Source: Candidatus Hadarchaeota archaeon
GTDB lineage: Archaea > Hadarchaeota > Hadarchaeia > Hadarchaeales > Hadarchaeaceae
Direction: 5' to 3'
DNA: 32,000 nucleotides
Assembly: GCA_964514965.1 (NCBI GenBank)
Contig: CAZETV010000001.1
Coordinates: forward strand, 180,001 to 212,000
In this document: positions 1 through 7,870 of the stretch, piece by piece
Position numbering within the stretch: the first letter of the stretch is position 1
Layout of the letters: each line of letters starts with the position of its first letter
The notes under the pieces: generated by a model
What the model was told of the DNA's origin: nothing
Seen by the model: the letters and a program-made list of their open reading frames with translations, nothing else
Databases searched by the model: none
Translations under genes and position numbers: made by a program

Positions 1-283
1 CCGGTCCCGGTCGCCTATCCTGAGAAGCTCGGGCTCGCCAAGCCGTTTCAGCATCTCGTGGCACGTGAATGTGTCCCCGCGAATCCCGTACCATGTCTCC
101 TCGTTCACGATGCCAGCCAGCGTGTACATGACCGTATCCAAATCCGGGGAGATGCACAGGCCTGAGACCTCTAAATCCTCACCTGTGTTCACGATCACCG
201 ATATTTTGTCCTGCCCGACCAGTCGAACCAGCCCTTGCAAAAGTTTGGGCGTGCCGGTGCCGCCTGAAAGCACAGCTATCATT
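1..283 (-). CDS. cofD: 2-phospho-L-lactate transferase CofD, N-terminal part, runs off left edge
   Basis: Reverse complement from 283 reads [72 protein letters not shown], the typical CofD N-terminus; not in the ORF track because it is open-ended. Confidence 0.9.
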
Positions 284-450
284 GAATTTTCACTCCCGCT
301 CGGAACCCTCCAAACCCTGGAGGATTCTATGTTGTCTTTAGATTTAAAAATAAAACTAGACGTGATGTTGAAAAATGGAAAATAGAAAAATTAAAAAGTG
401 AATTGCATATATTTATCTCCTTGTCCGAATCTTATCCAAGAGGCGAAACC

Positions 451-1017
451 ATGGCTGAAAAGTTAAACTTGGCTAACCCGGCGGCTCTGGGTCTAGGCGG
501 CTTTGCCTTAACAACCTTCATCCTGAACATGGTGAACGCAGGGATAATCCCCGCAGAAAGCTTGGGAATGGTCTTTCCGATGGGACTTTTCTATGGAGGT
601 CTAGCGCAATTTGCCGCGGGGATGTGGGACGTCAAAAGAGGAGACATCTTCGGCGGGACCTGCTTCACATCATTCGGCGCATTCTGGATCGGTTTGGCGC
701 TGATGATTCTCTTGGAAACTGTAGGGATCATACCGAAAGTTCCGCCCGCGGGCATGGCCGTTTTCCTAATCGCATGGGGAATCTTCACGGCCTACGCCAC
801 GGTAGGCGCCCTGAGAATTTCTTGGGGCATAACAACGGTCTTCGTGACTTTAACTCTCTTGTTTTTCCTTCTGGCGGCAGGGGAATTCAACTCGGTGATC
901 AAAACGATCGCGGGGTACGAAGGAATTTTCTGCGCCCTCACCGCTTGGTACTGTTCGGCGGGCATTCTCATAAACACTATTTATAAAAGAGAGGTAGTGC
1001 CACTCGGAGAACGCTAG
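451..1017 (+). CDS. GPR1/FUN34/YaaH (SatP) family acetate/succinate transporter
   Basis: Translation MAEKLNLANPAALGLGGFALTTFILNMVNAG..., NPAALG motif and six hydrophobic segments. Track start 403 is probably too far upstream. Confidence 0.85.
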   Translation: MAEKLNLANPAALGLGGFALTTFILNMVNAGIIPAESLGMVFPMGLFYGGLAQFAAGMWDVKRGDIFGGTCFTSFGAFWIGLALMILLETVGIIPKVPPAGMAVFLIAWGIFTAYATVGALRISWGITTVFVTLTLLFFLLAAGEFNSVIKTIAGYEGIFCALTAWYCSAGILINTIYKREVVPLGER

Positions 1018-1029
1018 ATTTCTTAGATA

Positions 1030-1054
1030 GATTGAATCGGCTAGTGTAATAAAT
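1030..1054 (+). repeat. Isolated degenerate CRISPR-repeat-like element, inverted relative to the array
   Basis: GATTGAATCGG-CTAGTGTAATA---AAT versus reverse-complement array repeat GTTTGAATCGGACTAGTGTAGTATTGAAAT; 20/22 aligned positions match across the first 22 with one single-base gap. Confidence 0.6.
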
Positions 1055-1062
1055 AGCCAAGG

Positions 1063-1812
1063 TTACCTAAAGAGATCTCGCTCCGGCGGCATCACAAGCT
1101 CTTTCGCGTTTCCTTTCCCTCGCTCGTAGATTGCTCCCTTGACAACAATCACTGGAGTGCCCTCGTTTGCCTCCCCCATGATTGAAACCGCTGCCGCAGC
1201 CAAAGAGTCGGCGGGGGAAGTTATCGTCACGAGGAGCTCTCTGTCGTGGAGGTCTCGCTTTCCCCGCAGGTCGAGAAGCGGACTCATCCCAGCGACGCCA
1301 ATAGCAACGCCAACACAGCCCATTCTGAAGGCCCGCCCCTGAGTATCGGATACAATCACCGAAACCTCCGCGCCAAGTTCGCGTTTGATGAAATCCCGAA
1401 TTCTGGCAGCGCTCGCATCAGGGTCGTCTGATAGAGTCGTGACATGTTCCGGGTCGACATTCGAGCGGTCGACGCCGGCGTTCGCGCAGACGAAGCCGTG
1501 CTTGGTGCGAGAAATTATCAAATGCTCAAGCCTCACGATTTCACTGGATTGCCGTAAAATTACCTCGACCTCGCGGGGGTCCTTGTCAAGCCGTGCCGCT
1601 ATCTTTTCGGCCTTTTTGCTTGGCTTTACCCCGCGCAGGTCGACGATATTTCCCTCCGCCTTTGAAACGATCGTCTGCGCGACGACGATGACATCTCCGT
1701 CCTCCAAACGCAACCCTTGTTTTTGCGCCGCGTCCACGATGAGTTTCCCCACCTCGTCGCCCTTTTTCACCAGCGGCAACTCCTTGAGCGCGATGAGCTG
1801 CACCTGAGACAC
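1063..1812 (-). CDS. cofE: Coenzyme F420-0:L-glutamate ligase
   Basis: MSQVQLIALKELPLVKKGDEVGKLI...HGFVCANAGVDRSN...IVSDTQGRAFRMGCVGVAIGVAG, CofE family motifs. Confidence 0.92.
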   Translation of the reverse strand: MSQVQLIALKELPLVKKGDEVGKLIVDAAQKQGLRLEDGDVIVVAQTIVSKAEGNIVDLRGVKPSKKAEKIAARLDKDPREVEVILRQSSEIVRLEHLIISRTKHGFVCANAGVDRSNVDPEHVTTLSDDPDASAARIRDFIKRELGAEVSVIVSDTQGRAFRMGCVGVAIGVAGMSPLLDLRGKRDLHDRELLVTITSPADSLAAAAVSIMGEANEGTPVIVVKGAIYERGKGNAKELVMPPERDLFR

Positions 1813-1858
1813 CGAGGAGTATTATAGCATGGCTACCTTAAATCCGAAAGGTGTAGAG

Positions 1859-2836
1859 ATGAATTTCGGTGTTGAATTCGTTCCTTATCTGACGCTGGAC
1901 GCCCTGGTCAGGCTGGCCCGATTGGTCGAGCGCTCCGGCTTCGAGCAGATTTGGGTCTGCGACCACTACCACAACCGCTACATCTACCCCGTGCTCACCC
2001 AACTCGCGCTCGAGACAAGCCGGGTGAAGCTGGGCCCGGGCGTGACGAACCCCTACTTGGTTCACCCGACCGTGACCGCAGCTGCCGTCGCGACCCTCAA
2101 CGAAATTTCAGGCGGGCGGGCACTGCTGGGTATTTCCGCGGGTGACCCGTTTTTCCTCGCGACGGTTGGGATAAAACAACGAAAGCCAGTAATAGCTGTG
2201 CGAGAGGCCGTCCACATCGCGCGCGAACTTCTAGCCGGGAACCGCTTGAGCTTCGAGGGCGAGTTCTTCTCGTGCAGGAATGCGGGGCTCAGGTTCAAGC
2301 CAGTAAACAAAATTCCTATCTACATCGGCGGGAGGCGGCGGCGCATGCTCGAGCTCGCGGGTTCGGTCGCTGACGGGGCCCTCATCAACGCCTCGCACCC
2401 CAACGACATCAAGGAATCCATAGAGTACGTCGAGAAGGGACTGCGTTCGAGCGGGAGGACTCCTAGAACATTCGATTTCGTCGCGTATCTAGCCGTGTCA
2501 GTCGGGAACGATGTGAAGAGAGCGAGGGAGGTAGTTCGTGGGGTGGTTTCGTTCGTGGCTTCGTCCGCCCCCCGCACATCGCTCGAGCGTCACGGCATCG
2601 AGGTCGAGGAAGTTGAGTCGATACGCCGTCTGCTCAGGGGCGGAGAGCTGAAAAAGGCCCGCTCGACGGTGACCGAACGCATGATAGACGCATTCTCGGT
2701 CTGCGGCACGGTCGATGAACTCGCCGCGCGCGTCGAGGAGTTGAAACGCCTAGGCATAACACGAACGGTGATTGGGTCGCCGATGGGGATCGAGCCAGCT
2801 AAAGCCGTGCAGTCGATTGCAAAGGCGTTGCTTTAG
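1859..2836 (+). CDS. mer: 5,10-methylenetetrahydromethanopterin reductase (F420-dependent, luciferase-like fold)
   Basis: MNFGVEFVPYLTLDALVRLARLVERSGFEQIWVCDHYHNRYIYPVL...GPGVTNPYLVHP. Track ORF starts at 1829; MNFG at 1859 is the more likely start. Confidence 0.88.
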   Translation: MNFGVEFVPYLTLDALVRLARLVERSGFEQIWVCDHYHNRYIYPVLTQLALETSRVKLGPGVTNPYLVHPTVTAAAVATLNEISGGRALLGISAGDPFFLATVGIKQRKPVIAVREAVHIARELLAGNRLSFEGEFFSCRNAGLRFKPVNKIPIYIGGRRRRMLELAGSVADGALINASHPNDIKESIEYVEKGLRSSGRTPRTFDFVAYLAVSVGNDVKRAREVVRGVVSFVASSAPRTSLERHGIEVEEVESIRRLLRGGELKKARSTVTERMIDAFSVCGTVDELAARVEELKRLGITRTVIGSPMGIEPAKAVQSIAKALL

Positions 2837-2855
2837 TTGTCTTACTGCATAATTA

Positions 2856-4393
2856 ACCTCAATACTACACTAGTCCGATTCAAACTTGTGTGCATCAGCT
2901 ATCATCTCAGCCAAGTACGAATTTCAATACTACACTAGTCCGATTCAAACGATATTCTCCCCTGTTGACAATCTATATATCACAGATTTCAATACTACAC
3001 TAGTCCGATTCAAACAAACGGAGCTTGGTCGGGCGCACCTATGAAAAAAAGATTTCAATACTACACTAGTCCGATTCAAACGAGGAATTCCTGTGACCGC
3101 ACTCAGGGAAGACAGTAATTTCAATACTACACTAGTCCGATTCAAACCACTTCCGTTCTGACCGCGTACTTGGCTGCAGCTCTATTTCAATACTACACTA
3201 GTCCGATTCAAACTCGGGCTTGGTCGCCTTGGGCTTCGCCTCGACCTTATTTCAATACTACACTAGTCCGATTCAAACCCCTCTCAGGGATTCAGACATC
3301 GTAATCCATAATTTCAATACTACACTAGTCCGATTCAAACGAGAACGACACTGCTTTCAGGGTGTCATTTACAACATTTCAATACTACACTAGTCCGATT
3401 CAAACTTACGGTTTAAAGAAGTCAACTACCACCCAATAAATATTTCAATACTACACTAGTCCGATTCAAACGCTCTTCCTCGCGACACCCGCGCTCGCAG
3501 TATGCCATTTCAATACTACACTAGTCCGATTCAAACGCTCTTCCTCGCGACACCCGCGCTCGTATTATGCCATTTCAATACTACACTAGTCCGATTCAAA
3601 CGACCTGTATGCAAAAGGTCTTCTCACGTATGACCAGATTTCAATACTACACTAGTCCGATTCAAACGCTATTGCGTACAGACCGTACAGTCGAGTTGAT
3701 GTGATTTCAATACTACACTAGTCCGATTCAAACGGGGCCACGTCGTTTTACGTAACGGCGTCGTCCTTCATTTCAATACTACACTAGTCCGATTCAAACG
3801 CTCTCTCTCTCATGTCATATCTATATATGACGTGTATTTCAATACTACACTAGTCCGATTCAAACCCGAGAACGGCCGGGCCGGGGCCGGCGCACGCCTT
3901 TATTTCAATACTACACTAGTCCGATTCAAACGCCGCCGTAGCCCTGCTGTTTCATGCGCAACCTGAATTTCAATACTACACTAGTCCGATTCAAACGTGA
4001 ACGCGTGGGACACTCGGGACAGGATAGTGACGATTTCAATACTACACTAGTCCGATTCAAACAACTTTACTTGCCCTCGACGTACACGGCCTTCATCAAT
4101 TTCAATACTACACTAGTCCGATTCAAACCCGAGGCTCAGGTGGTTCACGATGTCGCGCTTCTCCATTTCAATACTACACTAGTCCGATTCAAACCTTTTT
4201 ATCCCTCATGCGCCTCGCTTCGCTTTTTATTATTTCAATACTACACTAGTCCGATTCAAACCGTTTAATATTATTGTTCTTGAGCCTCCAAGTCCTCATT
4301 TCAATACTACACTAGTCCGATTCAAACGCATCTTGGACTCGTTGTCGGGGTCTGGAAACACCAATTTCAATACTACACTAGTCCGATTCAAAC
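2856..4393 (-). CRISPR. CRISPR array, 24 repeats / 23 spacers, 30-nt repeat ATTTCAATACTACACTAGTCCGATTCAAAC (+ strand)
   Basis: Hand-counted repeats from 2856-2885 (first copy degenerate: ACCTCAATAC...) to 4364-4393, spacers 32-37 nt. Degenerate copy at the left end and leader plus cas genes at the right imply transcription on the minus strand as GTTTGAATCGGACTAGTGTAGTATTGAAAT, with 5' tag ATTGAAAT. Confidence 0.99.
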
Positions 4394-4488
4394 CTCCCGC
4401 TCATTTTTGGTTCTGAGCCTCGTTTGTAAAAGCTTTTCGCCACCAGAAAAGTCAACCCTCGATCGTGCAGTCCATTTATAAACGCTGA
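4394..4488 (-). promoter_or_regulatory. CRISPR leader/promoter with TATA box
   Basis: tttataaa at 4475-4482, about 80 bp upstream (minus-strand sense) of the first leader-proximal repeat, between array and cas2 stop. Confidence 0.65.
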
Positions 4489-4764
4489 CTAAATTATGCT
4501 CGAAACTTCGGCCTTCTCGATGCCCAAGACTTCTTTCTTCATCCATTTTTGGCTAGAGACAATGAAGAAGATTATCGAGTCCTCATCCTCTTTTATTCGC
4601 TTCCGCAGCCCAACCTTGACTTGTTCTAGCCCACCCTCGCTCAGTTCGCCTTCAAATGCCGAATTCTGGATCCAGTTGAGGTGTTGCCGGAGGAAATGCC
4701 TCACTCCGTCTATCCGCTCTACAGCGACATCATAAACAACTACAACGTAAATCTTCACCACCAA
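4489..4764 (-). CDS. cas2: CRISPR-associated endoribonuclease Cas2
   Basis: MVVKIYVVVVYDVAVERIDGVRHFLRQHLNWIQNSAFEGELS..., Cas2 fold motif VYDV and NSxFEGEL; next to cas1 and array. Confidence 0.95.
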   Translation of the reverse strand: MVVKIYVVVVYDVAVERIDGVRHFLRQHLNWIQNSAFEGELSEGGLEQVKVGLRKRIKEDEDSIIFFIVSSQKWMKKEVLGIEKAEVSSII

Positions 4765-5765
4765 GCCTTAAATCCCTCGTATTTTTGGCCGCCAATCAGA
4801 TGCTTTATGAGTTTGTAACATTCAAGCCTTACCAATCTCTGGTATGAAACTTTTCTCTTGAGCGCTGGATGGTTGATAGTCTTCCTGAGTTTATCGTCGT
4901 ACTCCGAGATGAAGGTTCGCCTGCCCTTTTCGTTCAGGTAACAAAAATTGAGTTCATCCTGAAAATGCTTCTCGCCGACCATACGGTTGTTCACCAACTT
5001 GAAAATCGTGCGATCAACGAGAATCGGCTTGAAGATCTCGCTCAGATCTAGGCTCAGGGAAAACCTCCGCTCGCCCGGCTCGTGCAGATAGCTTATCGTG
5101 GGGTTGAGCTGGGTGTGGTAGATCTCGGACAGGGTGCTCGTGTAGAGGAGGGAATTGCCGAAAGAAATCAGGCAGTTTATCATGTTGTCGGGCGGCCTCC
5201 GCACGCGCCGCTCGAACTCGAACCCCTCCCGCAAGATTGTGTTGAAGCTCTGGTAATAGTGGTCCCTGATCCTCCCTTCCACGCCCATGAGCTCTTGCAC
5301 ATCTTTTGTACCGTCGATCTGAGTTCTCTCCTGTTCTATCGCTTCCATCATTCCGCCCACGTCCTTGCCGTGCTTCTTGTAATGGGCGAGGTTCTTGAGG
5401 ATGTTGTGGCTCGCGGACCTGATTATTTCCTTGGCGATTTCGAGCCTCCTTTCTTTGCCCAAATAATTTTCGACCTGTTTAACCACCAAAAGACCAGACA
5501 CCAGATACTCGCGCGGATAGTAGCTCCCCGAATAGAACCCGTAGTAATTGAAAAAGTGCATCGGGATGCGGTTCTGGGCGAGGAAGACCATGAGCTTCGA
5601 GTTCACGTCCAGTTCCCCGAGTGCATATATCGCCTCGACGTTCGCCACGGGCATCGGTATTTTCTCCTGCCCTGCCTCCAAGTACAGGGTGTTTTCCTTC
5701 CGCCTCAGCCTCCCGCTTTTCAGGATGTAGTAGTTGCGCTTCACCTCAACACCAACACAACTCAT
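4755..5765 (-). CDS. cas1: CRISPR-associated endonuclease Cas1 (true start may be GTG at 5744)
   Basis: MKRNYYILKSGRLRRKENTLYLE..., ...HEPGERRFSLSLDLSEIFKPILVDRTIF..., characteristic Cas1. Confidence 0.97.
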   Translation of the reverse strand: MSCVGVEVKRNYYILKSGRLRRKENTLYLEAGQEKIPMPVANVEAIYALGELDVNSKLMVFLAQNRIPMHFFNYYGFYSGSYYPREYLVSGLLVVKQVENYLGKERRLEIAKEIIRSASHNILKNLAHYKKHGKDVGGMMEAIEQERTQIDGTKDVQELMGVEGRIRDHYYQSFNTILREGFEFERRVRRPPDNMINCLISFGNSLLYTSTLSEIYHTQLNPTISYLHEPGERRFSLSLDLSEIFKPILVDRTIFKLVNNRMVGEKHFQDELNFCYLNEKGRRTFISEYDDKLRKTINHPALKRKVSYQRLVRLECYKLIKHLIGGQKYEGFKAWW

Positions 5766-6261
5766 AATAGCTGCACTTTTTGCAATAAGACTTCTTCCCC
5801 ACTGCTGGCGGTTCCGGGCTGGAGAGCACTTGCTTTACCTCCTCCAGAGTTTCTTCGACCTCCCTTTCTCCCTCCTCAGTCAGCTCGACCTCCTTTTTTC
5901 GCCTGAGGCGTGGATAATCGATTACCCCCTTTGCGGCGACTCCCCTCCGCTTCAGCCAGTAGAGGTAGTAGAGCATTTGGCCGATGTGGGCCGCCTCTAT
6001 CTTTCGGGAGCGCTTGATGTCGTGGACCTCGTTTCCGTGCTGGAGGAAGTCTATCTTGATTGGCCCGAGGTCTATCTCCTTTGTCTTACGGGGGTATGCC
6101 GTCTCATGCAACAAACTGCCCAGCATCACCCGGTCCGAGGAGTGCTCCATCCCTAGGGAGTGCGAGAAGAGCCAGAGCTTGCGCTTGCAGACGAAGTAGT
6201 AGTTGACCTGGGTGCCAGTGTAGGTGAGTTCTGGGGAAGGGATTTTCTTCATGGATTTCAC
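5746..6261 (-). CDS. cas4: CRISPR-associated Cas4 (RecB-like, Fe-S cluster)
   Basis: LTYTGTQVNYYFVCKRKLWLFSHSL...GSLLHETAYPRK...GVIDYPRLRRKKEVELT...CKKCSYYELC; GTGA start/stop overlap with upstream ATPase. Confidence 0.95.
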   Translation of the reverse strand: MKSMKKIPSPELTYTGTQVNYYFVCKRKLWLFSHSLGMEHSSDRVMLGSLLHETAYPRKTKEIDLGPIKIDFLQHGNEVHDIKRSRKIEAAHIGQMLYYLYWLKRRGVAAKGVIDYPRLRRKKEVELTEEGEREVEETLEEVKQVLSSPEPPAVGKKSYCKKCSYYELCWC

Positions 6262-7703
6262 GCTTTAGGCGAAGTTGAGCTGAGGATTTTCTCCAAATCC
6301 CTCAAATCGAACAGGAAGTAGCCTTCATCCCTCATTTTCTCCTTCCCATCGATTTTTCTCGCCATCAGCCCGTAGAACTCCTTCTTTCTTTTGATGAACC
6401 ATTGAACGTACCCCGCTTTCCGCTTGAGTTCATCTAAAATATTTTTTGATTCTTTCAAACTCAAATCTCGCCATTTCGTCTCAACGAACAAAATTTTCTT
6501 TTCCTCCTCGTTTAAAGCCACCACGTCGATGTCGTACACATTTTTTCCCTTTTCCGCTGCCGGTATCTTGCCCCATTGCTTCCCGAATTTTGTAAATCGG
6601 AACGGCAGCTCGGCCACCATCTTTTGAAGGAGGAATTCTCTGCACAGCTTTTCAAAACGCGCGCCGATGAATGAATTTAACTGATCCTTGACGGTTCCCT
6701 CGAAGCTCGGATCCCTTCGTTCGTAGAGGGAATAATTTTTGTAAAAGAATCTGAACCAAAAATGCAAAAGCGGATGGTTTATGAAGATGAGTCCTTTTTT
6801 CTTTCCTCTTATCAGGGGCCTGTCGAGCCTCAGGATTTCAAAATAGTTTAAAAGTTCGTCCATTTGCCTGGTTATCGAGGTCTTCTCGGCCCTCAGGTAA
6901 CTGGCTATATCGGAAAAGGAATTGTTGCCGCTCGCGACCGCTTCCAAGATTGAGTAGTACAGCCCGGACCTCCTGCCGAACTCTTGGGAGAGGATCACCT
7001 GGACCTCATCCTCCAAGACGGCATCCTTTTGGAAGAAGAAAACACGCAGGATTTCTTCCATGCCTTTCCCCTGCAACCCGTTATCCTCCATGGCGACGTA
7101 GTACCTCGGGAAACCACCGAATATGGAATAAAGAGTCACTATCTCATCCATGTTTTTGAATTTCAGTTCTCTGCACATCTCAGCGACGCTTGGGAACTCC
7201 ATTGGCTTCAGGTCTATTTTGCGCTTGACCCTGCCGTAGAGAGGTTCCTTTCGGCCCTGGAAAATCTTTTTCATCAAGCCGACGGTGGAGCCAGTCAGGA
7301 TCATCATTAACGGCTTATCCTCGTTCAGGTCGAAGTTCTTCTGGAGGGTGCCAAAAACGGATTTGTCCACGAAGGCGAAATTTTGGAACTCGTCAAACAC
7401 GACGATTCCCCGGTACCTTTTCACCAAGGTTTCAAAGAACGACTCCCAGGAATTCACAACCTCGAGCTCACTTATGATTTTCCTCTGCCTCAGGAGCCTC
7501 GAAAACTCTAGGAGAAGAGCTTCGCTCGACTTGTTCCTGTTCACGAAGAAGTACAGCCCCCTGTCTTTCATGAATTCCAGCGCCAACCTTGTCTTTCCAA
7601 CCCTTCTGGCGCCGTATATAGCCGTGGGCCAAAATTTCTGCTTTGAGAGCCCCTCGATTTCCGAGAGGGTCTTGAGTTCGGCCGCCCTATTAATAAATCT
7701 CAT
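6258..7703 (-). CDS. AAA ATPase with DUF234-type C-terminus and PD-(D/E)XK-like nuclease signature, embedded in the cas locus
   Basis: MRFINRAAELKTL...AIYGARRVGKTRLAL (Walker A), GIVVFDEFQNF (Walker B), C-terminal VYDIDVVALNEEEKKILFVETKWR (D...ExK). ATG at 7703 follows TATA box; track ORF starts 7727. Confidence 0.88.
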   Translation of the reverse strand: MRFINRAAELKTLSEIEGLSKQKFWPTAIYGARRVGKTRLALEFMKDRGLYFFVNRNKSSEALLLEFSRLLRQRKIISELEVVNSWESFFETLVKRYRGIVVFDEFQNFAFVDKSVFGTLQKNFDLNEDKPLMMILTGSTVGLMKKIFQGRKEPLYGRVKRKIDLKPMEFPSVAEMCRELKFKNMDEIVTLYSIFGGFPRYYVAMEDNGLQGKGMEEILRVFFFQKDAVLEDEVQVILSQEFGRRSGLYYSILEAVASGNNSFSDIASYLRAEKTSITRQMDELLNYFEILRLDRPLIRGKKKGLIFINHPLLHFWFRFFYKNYSLYERRDPSFEGTVKDQLNSFIGARFEKLCREFLLQKMVAELPFRFTKFGKQWGKIPAAEKGKNVYDIDVVALNEEEKKILFVETKWRDLSLKESKNILDELKRKAGYVQWFIKRKKEFYGLMARKIDGKEKMRDEGYFLFDLRDLEKILSSTSPKA

Positions 7704-7705
7704 GT

Positions 7706-7745
7706 ATTCACCTACTGAATAATTCACTTACTGAATATATTTAAA
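7706..7745 (-). promoter_or_regulatory. TATA box plus tandem 15-nt palindromes upstream of the ATPase-cas4-cas1-cas2 operon
   Basis: tatatttaaa at 7736-7745, and attcacctactgaat (7706-7720) plus attcacttactgaat (7722-7736), 14/15 identical, each with ATTCA...TGAAT symmetry. Confidence 0.55.
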
Positions 7746-7870
7746 TGCTTGCGTCGGCTGGTCGAGCTCGCACCAAAGATTAAGAGCCAGAGCTTGTGCT
7801 TGCAGACGAAGTAGTAGTTGACTTGAGTGCCCGCAAAAGTTAATCTTTCAGATAACGCCGTAAGATTCAA
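7724..7870 (-). pseudogene. Truncated cas4 5' fragment immediately downstream of cas3
   Basis: Frame reads (TTG)NLTALSERLTFAGTQVNYYFVCKHKLWLLIFGASSTSRRKHLNIFSK*, versus intact Cas4 PELTYTGTQVNYYFVCKRKLWLFS; 7782-7831 matches 6167-6216 at 47/50 nt. Confidence 0.88.

Noticed and set aside
65-385. 106-aa plus-strand ORF
   Set aside because: Antisense to the clear CofD N-terminus on the minus strand (1-283).
591-986. ORFs at 591-788(-) and 624-986(+)
   Set aside because: Alternative frames of the SatP-like transporter; no family-like features.
2945-3145. 66-aa minus-strand ORF with repeated NRTSVVLK
   Set aside because: Repeated peptide is the translated CRISPR repeat.
3800-3835. Palindrome GTCATAT/ATATGAC inside a spacer
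   Set aside because: Short dyad in one AT-rich spacer; most likely a property of the target, no evidence of function here.
3954-4268. 104-aa ORF with repeated FNTTLVRFK
   Set aside because: Translated CRISPR repeats and spacers, not a repeat protein.
5082-5906. 274-aa plus-strand ORF opposite cas1
   Set aside because: Antisense shadow of cas1/cas4; low-complexity composition.
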